NCBI RefSeq assembly: GCF_018350175.1
Contig: NC_058373.1
Coordinates: forward strand, 107,262,001 to 107,326,000
Source: Felis catus
Taxonomy: Eukaryota
Direction: 5' to 3'
DNA: 64,000 nucleotides
In this document: piece after piece, positions 40,253 to 54,420 of the stretch
How positions within the stretch are numbered: position 1 is the stretch's first letter
Layout of the letters: the number at the start of each line of letters is the position of its first letter
Notes under the pieces: model-generated
What the model was told of the DNA's origin: nothing
Database searches by the model: none
The model's input: only the letters and a program-made list of their open reading frames with translations
Made by a program: the position numbers and the translations under genes

Positions 40253-40889
40253 TACTTATCAGAAGTAACGCTTATTTGTATTCAATGTTAACATTTTTTT
40301 TCTAGAGGTAATTATTTTTAATTATACTTTTAATGGTTTTTGAGACATACTTTTCCCATAAATACTTTTACTAGAATATGCTTATGGTGTCAGCAAAAAT
40401 GGAAAAATAATGCACTAATTTTATAGAAATATCAGAATTCAAGATGTTGGAAGTTGCTGAATAAGTGCAAAATATTATTGTGTCTGCACAATTTAAGAAT
40501 TATCTGGTCAGATGGAAAAGAATTGATAAATGTAGAGATATAGCTAACAATCATTGAACATTTACTATAAGCCAGACACTGGTTTAAATTCTTTTATATG
40601 TAATAACTTATTTCATTAAGTTGATTTTTAAAAGGCTTGAATTTTCTTTTTATTAGTGTTTGAAAATAATTGTCTCTACCATTCAAAAGTAAAAATTAAT
40701 TACAAATTTAAAATATGACATGGGTTTTAAAACAATCTGAGGTATAGTTCTCAAGCTTGTCTATTATTTTATTGATTGAGCTTCTCTAGGACTTATTGGT
40801 ATTTAAAATGATTAATTGAAAATGTTAATGAGCAAATGTTGGTATACTTTGCCTTCCTGAAACAAAAATGTTAAGATTATTTTTTCATA

Positions 40890-42310
40890 GACTTAATTTT
40901 TTTAGAGCAGTTTTACATTTATAACAAGAATTGAGAGGAAAGTGCAGAGATTTCTCACCTACCCATTATCAATATCATTCACCACTAACGTACATTTTTT
41001 TTTTTTTACCAGAGATGAACCTACATTGACACATCATTATCACCCAAAGTCCATAGTTTATTTTAGGGTTCAATTTTGATATTGTGTATTCTATGGGTTT
41101 GGACAAAAGTATGATGACATATCCATCATTATAATACCATATAGAGTATTTTCACTGTTCTAAAAATCTGTGCTCAGCCCAATTCTCCCCTGTCTCCCCT
41201 CTCCCCAACCAACCACAATCTCTGATCTTTTTATTGTCTTGAATTTTGCTTATTATAGAATGTTATATAGTTGGAATCATATACTGTGTAGGCTTTTCAG
41301 ATTGACTTTTTTTCACTTAGTACTATGCATTTAAGTTTCCTTCAAGTCTTTTCTTGATAGCTCTTTTCTTTTTAGTATTGAGTAATATTTTATTGTCTGG
41401 ATATACCAGTTTATGTATCTGTTCACACACTGAAGGATATTTGGGTTGCTTCCAAGTTTTGGCAATAATGAATAAAGCTGCTATAAACACCATGTGCAGT
41501 TTTTCGTGTGGACATAAATTTCTACCTCCTTTGGGTAAATACCAAGGAGGGTAATTGTTGTAAGAGTATGCTTTATATCCTTACTGATTTTCTGCCTGCT
41601 GTATCTGTCCATTTCTGACAGAACAGTGTGAAAGTCTCCAAATATAATAGTGGATCCATCTATTTCTCTTTGCAGTTCTGTCAGTTTTTGCTTCACATAT
41701 ATATATATTTAAATATTTATTTATTTATTTAGAGAGAGAGAATATGAGCCTGTGAGGGGTGGGGCAGAGAGAGAGAGGGAGAGAGAGAATCCCAAGTAGA
41801 CTCCACATTGTTAGCACAGAGCCCAATGTGGGACTCAAACTTGTGAACGATGAGACCATGACCTGATCTGAAATCAAGAGTCAGATACTTAGTCAACTGA
41901 GCCACCTAGGTGCCCTTGTCTCACATTGTTGTCTTCTTAAAGCATTGACCCCATCATTATTATGTAATGTTCTGCTTTATCCCTGATAACTTTCCTTGCT
42001 CTGAAGTCTGCTATGTCTGAAATTACTCCTGTTTTCTTTTGATTAGTGTTAGCACAATATATTTTTCTCTACTTATTTATTTTTAATATGTCTTTGTATT
42101 TAAAGTGGGTTTCTTGTAGATAACATGTAGTTGGGCCTTGTTTTTTGATCCAGTATGTCAATCTCTGTCTTTTACTTGGTGCATTCAGATTACTGACATT
42201 CAAATTGATTACTAATATTCTTGAATTAATATCTACTATGTTCATTACTATTTTCTATTTGTTGTTTTTGTTCTTTGTTCTTATTTTGTCTTTTTCTGTC
42301 TGTTGCAGTT
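40890..42310 (-). mobile_element. Old L1MC-like element (3' end plus ORF2 5' part, internally deleted), host of the 42-51 kb L1
   Basis: tagagcagttttacatt...gaggaaagtgcagagatttc type 3' end; endonuclease-like peptide KQKLTELQREIDGSTIIFGDFHTVLSEMDR (41481-41696). Confidence 0.7.
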
Positions 42311-42459
42311 TTCTAAACAATTTTTATGTCTGTCTGTATATATGTATATCTGTTTAAATTCCAGTGTAGTTAACATATGGTATTATATTAGTTTCAGGTG
42401 CATAATATAGTAATTCAGCAGTTCTGTATATTACTTAGTGTTCATCAAGTTGCACTTTT

Positions 42460-42790
42460 TTAAAAAATTTTTTTAATTTTGAATTTTTAAAAATTTACAT
42501 CCAAATTAGTTAACATATAGTGCAACAATGATTTCAGGAGTAGATTCCTTAATGTCCCTTACCCATTTAGCCCATTCCCCCCCTCCAGTAACCCTCAGTT
42601 TGTTCTCCATATTTATGAGTCTCTTCTGTTTTGTCTCCCTCCCTGTTTTTATATTATTTTTGTTTCCCTTCCCTTATGTTCATCTGTTTTGTCTCTTAAA
42701 GTCCTCATATGAGTGAAGTCATGATTTTTGTCTTTCTCTAATTTCACTTAGCATAATACCCTCCAGTTCCATCCACATAGTTGCAAATGG
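42460..42790 (-). mobile_element. Short L1 3'-end fragment nested in the older L1; same 3'UTR type as the 62-63 kb L1
   Basis: aatttacatccaaattagttaac...gatttcaggagtagattcctt matches ~62065-62125; flanked by tgcactttt / tgcactctt. Confidence 0.75.
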
Positions 42791-44325
42791 TGAATGCACT
42801 CTTAAAGCCTTTCACCCATTTCATCCATACCTCTACCCATCTCCCCTCTGGGGACCATTTTTCTATATAGTTAAGAGTCTGTTTTTTGGTTTGTCTCTCT
42901 GTCCCTTTTTCTTTCTTTTGTTCATTTGTTTTGTTTCTTAAATTCCACAGATGAGTGAAATCATATGGTATTTGTCTTTCTCTTATTTTGCTTAGCATTA
43001 TATTCTCTAGGTCCATCCATATTGTTTGTAAATGGCAAGATTTCATTCTTTTTTATGGTGGAGTAATATCCCGTTGTATATGTATATACTACATTTTCTT
43101 TCTCCATTCATCAGTTGATGAACACTTGGGTTCTTTCCATAATTTGGCTATTGTAGGTAATGCTGCTATAACATAGAGGTGCATGTACCCTTTGAATTAT
43201 GATTTTTGTACTCTTTGGATAAATACCTAGTAGTAGCAGTTGCTGATCATAGAGTAGTTCTATTTTTAACTTTCTGAGGAACCTCCATACTGTTTTCCAC
43301 AGTGGCTGCACCAATTTGCATTTCCACTAGCAGTGCACAAGGGTTCCTTTTTCTCCACATCCTCACCAACACTTGTTGTTTCTTGTGTTGTTGATTTTAG
43401 TCATTTGACAGGTGTGTGGTGATATCTCATTGTAGTTTTGATTTGCATTTCCCTGATCAGTGATGTTGAGTATCTTTTCATGTGTCTGTTGGCCATGTAA
43501 TGTTTTCTTTGGTAAAATATCTATTCATGTCTTTTGCCCATTTAAAAATTAAAAAAATTTTTTAATCAAAAAAGTATTTTTAAAGTAATCTCCATACCCA
43601 ACATGGGGCTCGAGCTCATGACCCTGAGATCAAGAACCACATGCTTTACCTACTAAGCCAGCCAGACGCCCCTCATCTGCCCGATTTTAATTGGAGTATT
43701 TGGGGATTTTTTGGTGTTTGACTTTTATAAGTTGTTTATATACTTTGGATACTGATCCTTTATCAGATATGTCATTTGCAAATATCTTCTCCCATTCTGT
43801 AGGTAGTCTTTTTGTTTTATTGATTATTTCCTTTGCTGTGCAGAAGCTTTTTATTTTGATGTAGTCTCAGTAGTTTATTATTGCTTTTGTTTTCCTTGCC
43901 TCAGGAGACATACACAGAAAGAAGTTGCTATGGCTATTGTGAAAGAAGTTACTGCCTGTGTTCTTTTCTAGGATTTGTATGGTTTCGGGTCTCACATTTA
44001 GGTGTTTAATCCATTTTGAATTTATGTTTGTGTGTGGTGTAAGAAGGTGGTTTGGTTTCATTCTTTTGCTTCGTGCTGTGCAGTTTTCCCAACACCATTT
44101 GTAGAAGAGACATTCTTTTTTCCCATTGGGTAGTTTTTCCTGCTTTGTTGAAGATTAGTTGGCCATATACTTGTGGGTTCATTTCTGAGTTTTCTGTTCC
44201 TTTGATCTGTGTATCTATTTTTGTGCCAGTACCATACTGTTTTGATTCCTACAGCTTTGTAATATAACTTAAAGTCTGGAATTGTGATGCCTTCATCTTT
44301 TTGTTTTAAACATTTTTTTCGTGTA

Positions 44326-44744
44326 GGGGTGCCTGGGTGGCTCAGTGTGTTGGGTCTCTGACTTCGGCTCAGGTCATGATCTCATGGTTCATGGATTTGA
44401 GCCCTACATAGGGCTCTGTGCTGACAGTCAGAGCCTGGAGCCTGCTTCGGATTCTCTGTCTCCCTCTCTCTCCGCCCCTCCCCCCTTGCACTCTGTATCT
44501 CTCAAAAATAAACATTAAAATAAAAAAATTTAAAAATTAATAAAATAATTTTTTTCATATTTATTTATTTTGAGAGATAGAGCAGGGGGAGGGACAGAGC
44601 GAGAGAGGCAGAGAGAATCCCAAGCAGGCTCCACACTGTCAGCAGAGATCCTGACGTGGGGCTTGCACTCACAAACCATGAGATCATGACCTGAGCTGAA
44701 ATTAAAGAGTTGGATGCTGAACCACCAGAGCCACCCAGGCACCC
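44326..44744. mobile_element. Tail-to-tail pair of Can-SINEs (+ 44326-44530, - 44545-44744)
   Basis: Opposite-orientation heads at each end. Confidence 0.9.
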
Positions 44745-46186
44745 TGGGACTTTTTTTTTCTTTTTCAGGGTTGCTTTGGCTATTCAAGTCTTTTGTGGTT
44801 CCATACAGATTTTAGGATCGTTTGTTCTAGCTCTGTGAAAAATGCTGTTGGTATTTTGATAGGGATTGCATTAAATATGTAGGTTACTTTGGATAGTGTA
44901 GACATCTTAACAATATTTGTTCTTTCAATCCATGAGCATGGAATATCTTTTCATTTCTCTGTGTCATCTTCAATTTCTTTCATCAGTGTTCATAGTTTTC
45001 AGAGTGCAGATCTTTCACTTCTGGTTAAGCTTATTCCTAGGTATTATTTTTGGTGCAATTGTAAGTGGGATTGTTCTCTTAATTTTTCTTTTTGCTGCTC
45101 CATTATTAATGTATGGAAACAGTGCATTTCTGTACATTGTGTTAGTAGTCTGTGACTTTACTGAATTCATTTATCACCTTTAGTAGTTGTTTCGTGGAGT
45201 CTTTGGGTTTTCTATATATAGTATCATATCATCTACAAATAATGAAAATTTTACTTCTTCCTTATCAGTTTGGTTGCCTTTTATTTCTTTTTGTTGTATG
45301 CTGTGGCTCATACTTATGGAACTGTGTTGAATGAAAAGTAGTGAGAGTGGACATCTTTGTCTTGTTCTTGACTTTAGGGGAAAAGCTCTATTTTTCCCGA
45401 TTGAGTATGCTTTTTGCTTTTGCTTTTTGCTTTTGGGTTTTTCCTCATAAGGCCTTTATTATGTTGAGGTGTCTTCCCTCTACACCCACCATGTTGAGGG
45501 TTTTTGTCATGAATAGATGACATGAATAGATGTTATATGTTGTCAAATGCTTTTCCTACATCTATTGAAATGATTGTATGCTTTTTATTCTTTCTCTGTT
45601 ATTGATGTATCACATTGATTTGTACTTATTGAACTACCCTTGCATCCTGAAAATAAAGCCCACTTGATTGTGGTGAATTATTATTATTTTTTAATGTATT
45701 GTTGGATATGGTTTTGCTAGTATTCTGTTTAGGATTTTTGCAGTGATGTTCATCCAAGATACAGGCCTGTAGGTTTCCTTTATTGTGGCATTCTTTGTTT
45801 GGTTTTGGTATCAGGGTAATGTTGGCCTCATAGAACTTGGAAGTTTTCCTTTCTTTTCTACTTTTTGGAGTAGTTTGAAAAGAATAGGTATTAACTCTTC
45901 TTTAAATGTTTGGTAGAATTCATCTTTGAAGCCATCTGGTTTTGGACTTTGGTTTATTGGGAGTTATTTGATTACTGATTCAATTTCATTTTTGGTAATC
46001 AGTCTATTCAAATTTTCTATTTCTTTCTGCTTCAGTTTTGGTAGTTTATATAGGTAGTTTATATAGCTTCTGGGAATTTGTTTATTTCTTCTAGGTTGTA
46101 CAATTTGTTGGTATAATAATCTTTTGTATTTCCGTGGTTCAGTTTTTCTTTCTCCTCTTTTGTTTGTGATTTTATTTGAGCCCTGT

Positions 46187-46235
46187 CTTCCTTCCTTCCT
46201 TCCTTCCTTCCTTCCTTCCTTCCTTCCTTCCTTCC
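46187..46235. repeat. (TTCC)n microsatellite
   Basis: About 12 units inside the L1. Confidence 0.95.
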
Positions 46236-48423
46236 TCATTGGTCTTTTCAAAGAACCAGCTCCTAGTTTCATTGATCTATGTGTGTGTTTTGTTTTGTTT
46301 TAGTTTCTATATCATTTATTTCAATAGCTCTTATTATTTCCTTCCTTCTCCTGGTTTGGGGTTTTGTTTTTTTAGCTCCCTTAGGTGTAAGGTTAGGTTG
46401 TTTGAGATTTTCTTGGTTTTTATTTTATTTATTTTATTTTTATTTTTAACATTTATTTATTTTTGAGACAGAGAGAGAGAGAGAGAACATGAACAGGGGA
46501 GGGTCAGAGAAAGAGGGAGACACAGAATCTGAAACAGGCTCCAGGCTCTGAGCTGTCAGCCCAGAGCCCGACGCAGGGCTCGAACCCACGGACCGCGAGA
46601 TCATGACCTGAGCCGAAGTCGGACGCTTAACCAACTGAGCCACCCAGGCACCCCTTCTTGGTTTTTAAACTAGGCATATATTGCTATAAACTTCCATGTT
46701 AGACTTCTTTTGCTACATTCCAGAGATTTTGGACCAGTATGTTTTCACTGTTATTTCTCTACATGTAATATTTAATTTCTTCTTTGATTTCTTGGTTGAC
46801 CCATTCATTGTTTAGTAGCATGCTGTTTAACCTCCATGTATTTATGCACTTTCTGGATTTTTTCTTGTGCTTGATTTCTAGTTTCATAGCATTTATGGTG
46901 AGAAAAGATGCATTGTATGCCTTCAGTCTTTTAAAATTTGTTGAGGCTTGTTTTGTGGCCTTTGTGTGATCTATTCCGAAGAATGTTTTTTGTGCATTTG
47001 AAAAGAATGTGTATTATGCTGTTTAGGATGGAATGTTATGAATATATTTGTTAAATGCATCTGTTCCAGGGTGTCATTCAAAGCCATTGTTTACTTGTTG
47101 ATTTTCTGTGTGGATGACCTGTCCATCGATGGAAGTGGGGTGTTAAAGTTCCATACTATTACTGCATTATTATTGATTAGTTCCTTTATGTTTGTTTTTA
47201 ATTGTTTTTTGTATTTGGGTGCTTGCATGTTGGGTGCATAACATATTTATAATTGTTATATCTTCTTGTTGGATTGTCTGCTTTATTATTATATAGTGTC
47301 CTTCCTTTGTCTCTTGTTATAGTCTTTGTTTTAAAGAGTCTAGGGGGGCCTGGGTGGCTCAGTCGGTTAAACATCTGACTCTTGGTATTGGCTCAGGTCC
47401 TGATCTTGCTGTTGTGAGATCAAGTCCCGAATTGGGCTTCTTGCTGAGCATGGAGCCTGCTTGGGATTCTCTCTCTCCCTCTCTCTCTCTGCCCCCCTGC
47501 TGTTCATGCGTGTGTGCTCACTCTTTGTCAAAATAAATATATAAATTTAAAAAAATGAACTGTATCTTGTCTGATATAAGTATTGCTACCTCAACTTTCT
47601 TTTGACATCCATTTGCCTGATAAATGTTTCTCCATCCCCTCACTTTTTGTTTGTTTTGTTTTTAATTTTTGTAAATATTTATTTTTGGGACAGAGAGAGT
47701 GACACAGTGTGAGCACGGGAGGTGCAGAGAGAGAGGGAGACACAGAATCCAAAGCAGGCTCCAGGTTCTGAGATGGCAGCACAGAACCCAGTGCAGGGCT
47801 CAAACTCACAGACCATGAGGTCATGACCTGAGTCGAAGTCTGACGCTTAACTGACTGAGCCACCCAGGCTCCCCTCCATCTCCTCACTTTCAATCTGCAT
47901 GTGTCTTTAGGTCTGAAAAGGGTCTCTTGTAGGCAGCATATAGATTGTATCTTTTTGTTTTTTTATTCCATTCTGTTACCTTATGTCTTTTAATTGGAGT
48001 GTTTAGTCCATTTATATTCTAAGTAATTATTGATAGATATGTATTTATTACCCATTTGTTACTTATTTTGTGGTGGTTTTTGTAGTTTTTCTCTGTTCCT
48101 TCTCTTGCGTCTCTTTAATGTTTTGCTGACTTTCTTTAGTGATATACTTTGATTCCTTTCTTTTTTATTTTTTGCATATCAGTGATTTTTGATCTGGGGT
48201 TATCATTTGGTTTATATATAACATCTTCTGCATATAATAGTCTATATGATGGTGATGGTCACTTAAGTTTTAGCCCATTCTTTTTCCTCTTCTCTCCACA
48301 TTTTAAGTATATGGTGTCATATTTTACACCCTTTTATTTTGTGAACCCTTGACTGATTTTTACAGATACACTTATTTACTACTGTTTTTGTGTTTTCTAC
48401 TTTTCACACCCTTACTTGTGGTC

Positions 48424-48454
<31 letters not shown>

Positions 48455-48790
48455 CAGTCCCCTTTAACATTTCTTGTAGGGCTGGTTTAGTGGTCATGAA
48501 CTTCTTTAACTTTTGTTTGAGAAATTCTCTCTCTCCTTCTATTCTGAATGATGGCCTTGCTGGATAGAGTATTCTTGGCTCCAGAGTTTTTTCTTTCAGC
48601 ACTTTGAGCATATCCTGCTACTCCCTACTGACCTGCAAAATTTCTGCTGAAAAATCCACTGATAGCCTTTTGGGGTTTCCCTTGTTTGTAACTGTGTTCT
48701 TTTCTCTTGCTGCTTTTTAAATTCTTTCTTCTCTTCTTCTCCCTGCCCCCCTCCTCCTCTTCTTCTTCTTCTTCGGTAAAGTTTATTTGT

Positions 48791-48833
<43 letters not shown>

Positions 48834-51317
48834 GCAGGAGGGGAGCAGAGAGAGAGAAGGAGAGAGAGAGGCCCAAGCAGGCTCTGCACTGTCAGTGCAA
48901 CTGTGAGATCATGACCTGAGCTGAGATCAAGAGTTGGATGCTTAACTGACTGAGCCACCCAGGTGCCCCTCAAATTCTTTCTTTATCACTACTTTTTTTT
49001 TTGCCATTTTATTTTATTTTTTAAATGTTTATTTTTGAAAGAGTGAAAGCAGGGGAGGGGCAGAGAGAGGGGGACAGAGGATCCAAAGCTGGCTCTGTGC
49101 TAACAGCAGTGAGTCCAATGTGAGGCTCAAACTTATACAAACCATGAGATTGTGACCTGCGCCAAAATAGGAAACTCAAATGACTGAGCCATCCAGGTGC
49201 CTACACAGCCCCAGCACCCTGCCTTTTTTTTTTTTTTTTTTTTTTTTTTACCATTTTAATCACTGTGTGTCTTGGTGTGGACCTTCTTGGGTTGATTTTT
49301 GTTGGGGCATCTCTGCCTCCTGGATCTGTATATATGTCTCCTTTCCCACATTATGGAAGTTTTCAGCTATTATTTTTTCAAATAACTTTTCTGCCCACTT
49401 TGTCTCTCTTCTCCTTCTAGGATCCCTATAATGAGAATGTTATTATGCTTGATGGAGTCATTCAGTTCCCTTAAGTCTGTTCTCATTTTGCATAATTTCT
49501 TTCTTTCACCTGCTCAGCTTGATTACTTTCCATTCCTCTGTCTTCCAGGTTTCTGATTCATTTCTCTACTTCCTCTAGCTGGCCATTTATTTCATCTAAT
49601 GTATTTTTAATTTCATTTATTGTGTTCTTCATCTCTGATTTTTTTTTTTTATCTCTTTGTTGAGGGTCTTACTGTTGTCCTCCACTCTTTTCTCATTACT
49701 CTATCAGGTATATTATTTATATCCATTTTGCTTGCATCTCTTGGCTGTGGTCCAGAGCCACAGGACCTCTGGACTTGTGACATTTAGGAGATATTCCTCT
49801 GCCTCTTCATTTTGTTTCTCTCTGTGCCTATTTCTCTGTGTTAGGAAAGTCAGCTACTTCTGCTCTTGAAAGTAATAGCCTTATGAAGAAGAGGTTTTGT
49901 AGTGCCCTGTAGTGCATCGTGTCTTGTTTCCTAGAACCTGGTGCTTTAGGGGTGTCTCCTTATGTGTGTTGTGTGTGCCTGCTGTTGTGTGCTGGCTGCT
50001 TTATCCTTCAGTGAAGTGATCTGCAGAGGATGTAAAGCTTTGCTTGTTTTAGCTGGGGTTTTGTCCCTAGCTGGGGTGGAGTGTATAGTTTTAACAGGAT
50101 GCGCAGGTTGGCCTGGGAGATGAGACCTGCGACTGCTTCCTCAGGGTGGGCAATTTTAACAAGATTGTGCACCACTCTGGCTGCCAGGACAGAGGGCCCG
50201 CAGAGCTTGTTGGGAGATGTGGTGGTGGCAAGGTTTGCACAGATCTTCTTGGTGGAGGGATGGGAGGTACCGATAGCACAGGGACTGAGGCAAGCATGAC
50301 TGGAAAGGGCTGATTTGTTGAAGCACGGCAGGGTGGGGCTTGGAAGCAAGTTAGGTAGTGAGTGCTGGCCTGCTTGTTCCTGTTGGTGGTTGTGTGTTAA
50401 TGCTGAGGGGCAGAGGTGGGAAAAGGTGCCTGACAGCTCCTTTGTTCCTGGAGGGGTCTTCCTGTGATCCCTACCCCTTGGGATACCTCTGAAATGAGTA
50501 AATAGCTCTCACTCCAGTATGCCACAGGCATTTTGCAAACTGCTGATTCTACACTGTATCTTCCCAGGCTGTTTGTAGTGTTGTCTCTTTCAGGGCGGGA
50601 AACTCAGTTTGTTATGCCCTTTGGGCTCTCCCAGAACTGAGCTTGCTGATTTTTAAAATTTCTGGTTTTAGGTCCCTCTGGTTGTAGGGACCTGACCAGG
50701 AGGGGCACCTGGCTGACTCATTTGGAAGAGCATCAAACTCTTGACCAAGAGGTCTTGAGTTCGAGCCCCAATTATGGGTGTAGAGATTACTAAAAAAAAA
50801 ATAAAACATAAAAAAATAGAACACATGAAATTTGTTTTCAAAGCTAAGTTTTATGGGGATTTGTGTTCCTGGTGCGGGCTCTTTGGTGTGATAGTCTGTT
50901 TCTCACTCCTCTTTCTGTGGGCAGCTTTCCCCCTAACCCCTAGATGTCAGCAGTCAGTTTTGCTCCCCAACATTTCTCTGCCCTTCCTATCCTATTTGAT
51001 GTGGCCAAAGATCCAAAAAGCTCAGAGAACAAGGAGGACAAATGCCCCCAAAAACCCACACCTAGGCATATCATTAGCAAATTACAGAAAATTAAAGAAA
51101 AAATGATGCCAGAAGGGGTAAATAACATCTCACTTATGAAGGAACAAAGATAAAAATTACATTCTTCTCTACCTTTAATTATGGAATTTGTTCTGCCAGT
51201 CTGGGTTGTTTTTTGGGTTATTTATGCTGGTGTGAGTGTTATCTAGTTACATTCATCGGATGAGGTGAGCTTAGGGTCCTTTTACTCCACCATCTTCTCA
51301 GCCTCTGTTGTGGTTTT

Positions 51318-53480
51318 AAATGGGCACTTCATGTGATTCCATTTTCTCTTTTTAGCACATCAGTCTTCTTTTTGTACTTTGGTAGTAGCTGCCCTAGAGT
51401 TTGCAATATACATTTATAACTAATCCAGATCCACTGGCAAAAAATACCATACCACTGCGCAGTAGTGTGAGAGCCTTATAATAACAAAATAGTTCCTCCC
51501 TCCTATTTCTTGTATCATCAGTGTCATTCATTTCACTTATATATAATCATACGTAGGCATATATACATGCATCTCCATATAGAAGTTTATATAATCAAAT
51601 ATGTTATTAGTTTGAACTACATCTTATTTGTTAGATTAATAATAAAAATGAAGTTATTATTTTATCTTCACTTATTTTTTTCTCAAGTGTTCTTTCTTAA
51701 TGTAGATCTGCGTTTCTGACTCATTATTTTTATTTCTCTAAAGAACTTTTTTAAAACACTTCCTACAAGACAGGTCTTTTGGCAAAAATGTTTTTTCAAT
51801 ATTTGTCTGATAAAATATTCTTTCTTCACTTTTTTTTCTTTTTAATTTTTTTTCATGGTTTTTTTAATTTTTGAGACAGAGGGAGAGACAGAGCATTAGC
51901 AGGGGAGGGGCAGAGAGAGTGGAAGACACAGAATCCGAGGCAGGCTCCAGGCTCTGAGCTGGCAGCACAGAGCCCGACGTGGGGCTCGAACCCACGAACC
52001 GTGAGATCATAACCTGAGCTGAAGTCCAAGGCTCAACTGGCTGAGCCACCCAGGTGCCCCGTTCTTTCTTCACTTTTTTTTTTTAAATGTTTATTTATTT
52101 TTGAGACAGAGAGGGACAGAGCATGAACCGGGGAGGGTCAGAGAGAGAGGGAGACACAGAATCCGAAGCAGGCTCCAGACTCTGAGTGGTCATCACAGAG
52201 CCCAATGCAGGGCTCGAACTCATGGACCGTGAGATCATAACCTGAGCTGAAGTTGGATGCTCAACCGACTGAGCCACCCAGGCGCCCCTATTTCTTCACT
52301 TTTTAAGGGTAGTTTGGCAGGTTGGAGGTGTTTTTCCATAAACACCTTAAATATTTCAGTTAAATATTTCTCTTGTATGTCTTTTTGGGAGAGAAGTTGA
52401 ATGTAATGCTTATATTCCTTTATAAGTGAGATGTTATTTCTTGCCTCTGGCTTCTTTCATAATTTTTTCTTTATCTTTAATTTTCTGTAATTTGTTAATG
52501 ATATGCCTAGGTGTGGGTCTTTTGGGGGGGAATTTGTCCACCTTGGTGTTCTTTGAGCTTTTTGGATCTTTGGTTTAGTGTCTGATGTTAATTTAGGGGA
52601 AATTTTCAGTTATTGTGGTTTCACCTATTTCTTCTGTGTCTTTCCTCTCTTTCTGGTATTCTAGTTGCACATATCTTACACTTTTTGTAGATCTACAGCC
52701 CTTGGGTATTCTGTTCCATTCAGTCTTTTTCCCTTTGGTTTTCAGTTTTCGAGGATCATACTGATATATTCTCTTGCTCAAAGATGGTTTCCTCAGCTGT
52801 ATCTAGTCTACTATTAAGGCCATCAAAGGCATTCTTCATTTCTGTTACACTATTTTTTTTTTAATCTCTACCATTTCTTTTTGGTTATTTCTTAGACTTT
52901 CCATCTGTTTATATCACTCATCTGTTCTTGCATTTTGTCTCCTTTATTTGTTAGGGACCTTAGCGTCTTAATTATGGTTGTTTTATATTCTTAATTAGAT
53001 AATGCTAACATCCTTGCCATGTCTGGTTCTGAGCTTGCTCTGTGTCTTCCAGTTATGTTCTTTTGCCTTTTGGTGTGGCTTGTAAGTTTTTCTTGATAGC
53101 TGAACATGATATACTGTGTAAAAGAAACTGTTCTAAGTAGACTTTTAGTAATGTTGTGATGAGGTATTGGGAAAAGGGAAGTGTTCTATATTTCTGTGAT
53201 TAGGTCCCAGACTTTTAGTGAGCCTATGCCTTTGGACTGTGAAGTTCATAAGTGTTTCACAGTTATTTTTTTTCTCCCTACTTAGATGGACTGGATGGCT
53301 AGAATCAGCTACAGTTGGTAATTTACCCTCCCCCAGGTTAGTTAGGCTCTGATAATACCCAAGCTAGTTAGGCTTTGGTTAATTAGTTTCATCTGAGAAA
53401 CCTTGTTGAGAAACCTTGTTGAGAAGGTAGGGTGCATTGGTGTATTTCAAAATGATTTCTTTCTCCACATCCCCTTTTAC
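51318..53480 (-). mobile_element. Continuation of the old L1MC-like element (ORF1/5' region) with SINE insertions
   Basis: ORF1-like remnant (52593-52781, ...EEIGETTITENFP) and typical antisense L1M sequence; resumes right after the TSD of the younger L1. Confidence 0.65.
51830..52288 (-). mobile_element. Two tandem antisense Can-SINEs at the same target
   Basis: tttcttcactttt occurs three times (~51821, ~52065, ~52291). Confidence 0.92.
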
Positions 53481-53721
53481 ATTCAAATTATATTTATTTT
53501 ATTTTTAATTTTTTTTAATGTTTGTTTATTTTTGAGAGAGAGAGAGTCAGAGTGTGAACCGAGGAGGGGCAGAGAGAGAGGGAGAGGGACACAGGCTGTC
53601 AGCACAGAGCCTGATATGGGGCTCGAACCCACGAACCGCGAGACCTGAGTCAAAGTCAGAGCCACCCAGGCACCCCTCAAATTGTATTTCTTTGTAAATA
53701 ACATTTATTGATCACATATAA

Positions 53722-54420
53722 CCTGGTTCTCAGATACTTTGATTTTGGTCTCAGTACCTTTGATAGTCTTAAAAATTACTGAGGACTCCCCAAGAGCTTT
53801 TATTTATGAAGCTTTTATCTGTTAATAGTTACTATGTTGGACATTAAAATTGAGAAAATTTGAAAATATTTATTAAAAATATAAATAATATATTTTATAA
53901 AATATATTTTCCAAAACAAAAATTTTAGAGTAGTATTGCTTTATGTTTTATTTTACTTTATTTTACTTTATTTTACTTTATTTTATTTTATTTTATTTTA
54001 TTTTATTTTATTTTATTTTATTTTATTTTATTTTATTTTTGAGAGAGAGGGAGAGAGAGAGTGCATGCAGTGGAGGGGCCAGGAAGAGAGAGAGAGAATC
54101 CCAAGCAGGCTTCATGCTCAGCCTGATGTGGGGCTTAATCCTATGACCCTGGGATCATGACCCAAGCTGAAATCGAGAGTCTGATGCTCAACTGACTGAG
54201 CCACCCAGGTGCCCCAGCATTGCTTTACATTTTTGCAAATCCCTTTGTTTGGGTTAAGAGAAGACAGATTGTGATATTTGCTTCTGTAACGAATCTACAT
54301 TGTCACGTGTAATTTCCAATGAAGTATATGGAGATGATGTGACTTCCATAGATACATAGTTGGAAAATGGAGGAACCTATTGATACTTTTTCAAATAATG
54401 TAAATATTCTTTGGCCTACT
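53722..54420. mobile_element. hAT-Charlie DNA transposon remnant interrupted by a SINE (53940-54215)
   Basis: ggtctcagtacctttgatagtcttaaaaattactgaggactccccaagagctttt resembles the Charlie1 terminal region. Confidence 0.6.
53946..54040. repeat. (TTTTA)n expanded SINE tail
   Basis: About 18 pentamer units. Confidence 0.93.

Larger units (their letters stand above)
42313..51303 (-). mobile_element. Near full-length degraded carnivore L1 (3'UTR, ORF2, ORF1, 5'UTR) carrying about ten SINE insertions
   Basis: L1 3'UTR at ~42.35-43.0 kb, ORF2 remnants (e.g. 43111-43314, 43867-44061, 45964-46272), more GC-rich 5'UTR ~49.9-51.3 kb ending ...ctccaccatcttc; TSD TCTGTTGCAGTTTT (42299-42312) / TCTGTTGTGGTTTT (51304-51317) followed by AA. 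Confidence 0.85.

Noticed and set aside
42313..51303. Retrotransposition-competent L1
   Set aside because: ORFs are fragmented by stops, deletions and many SINE insertions
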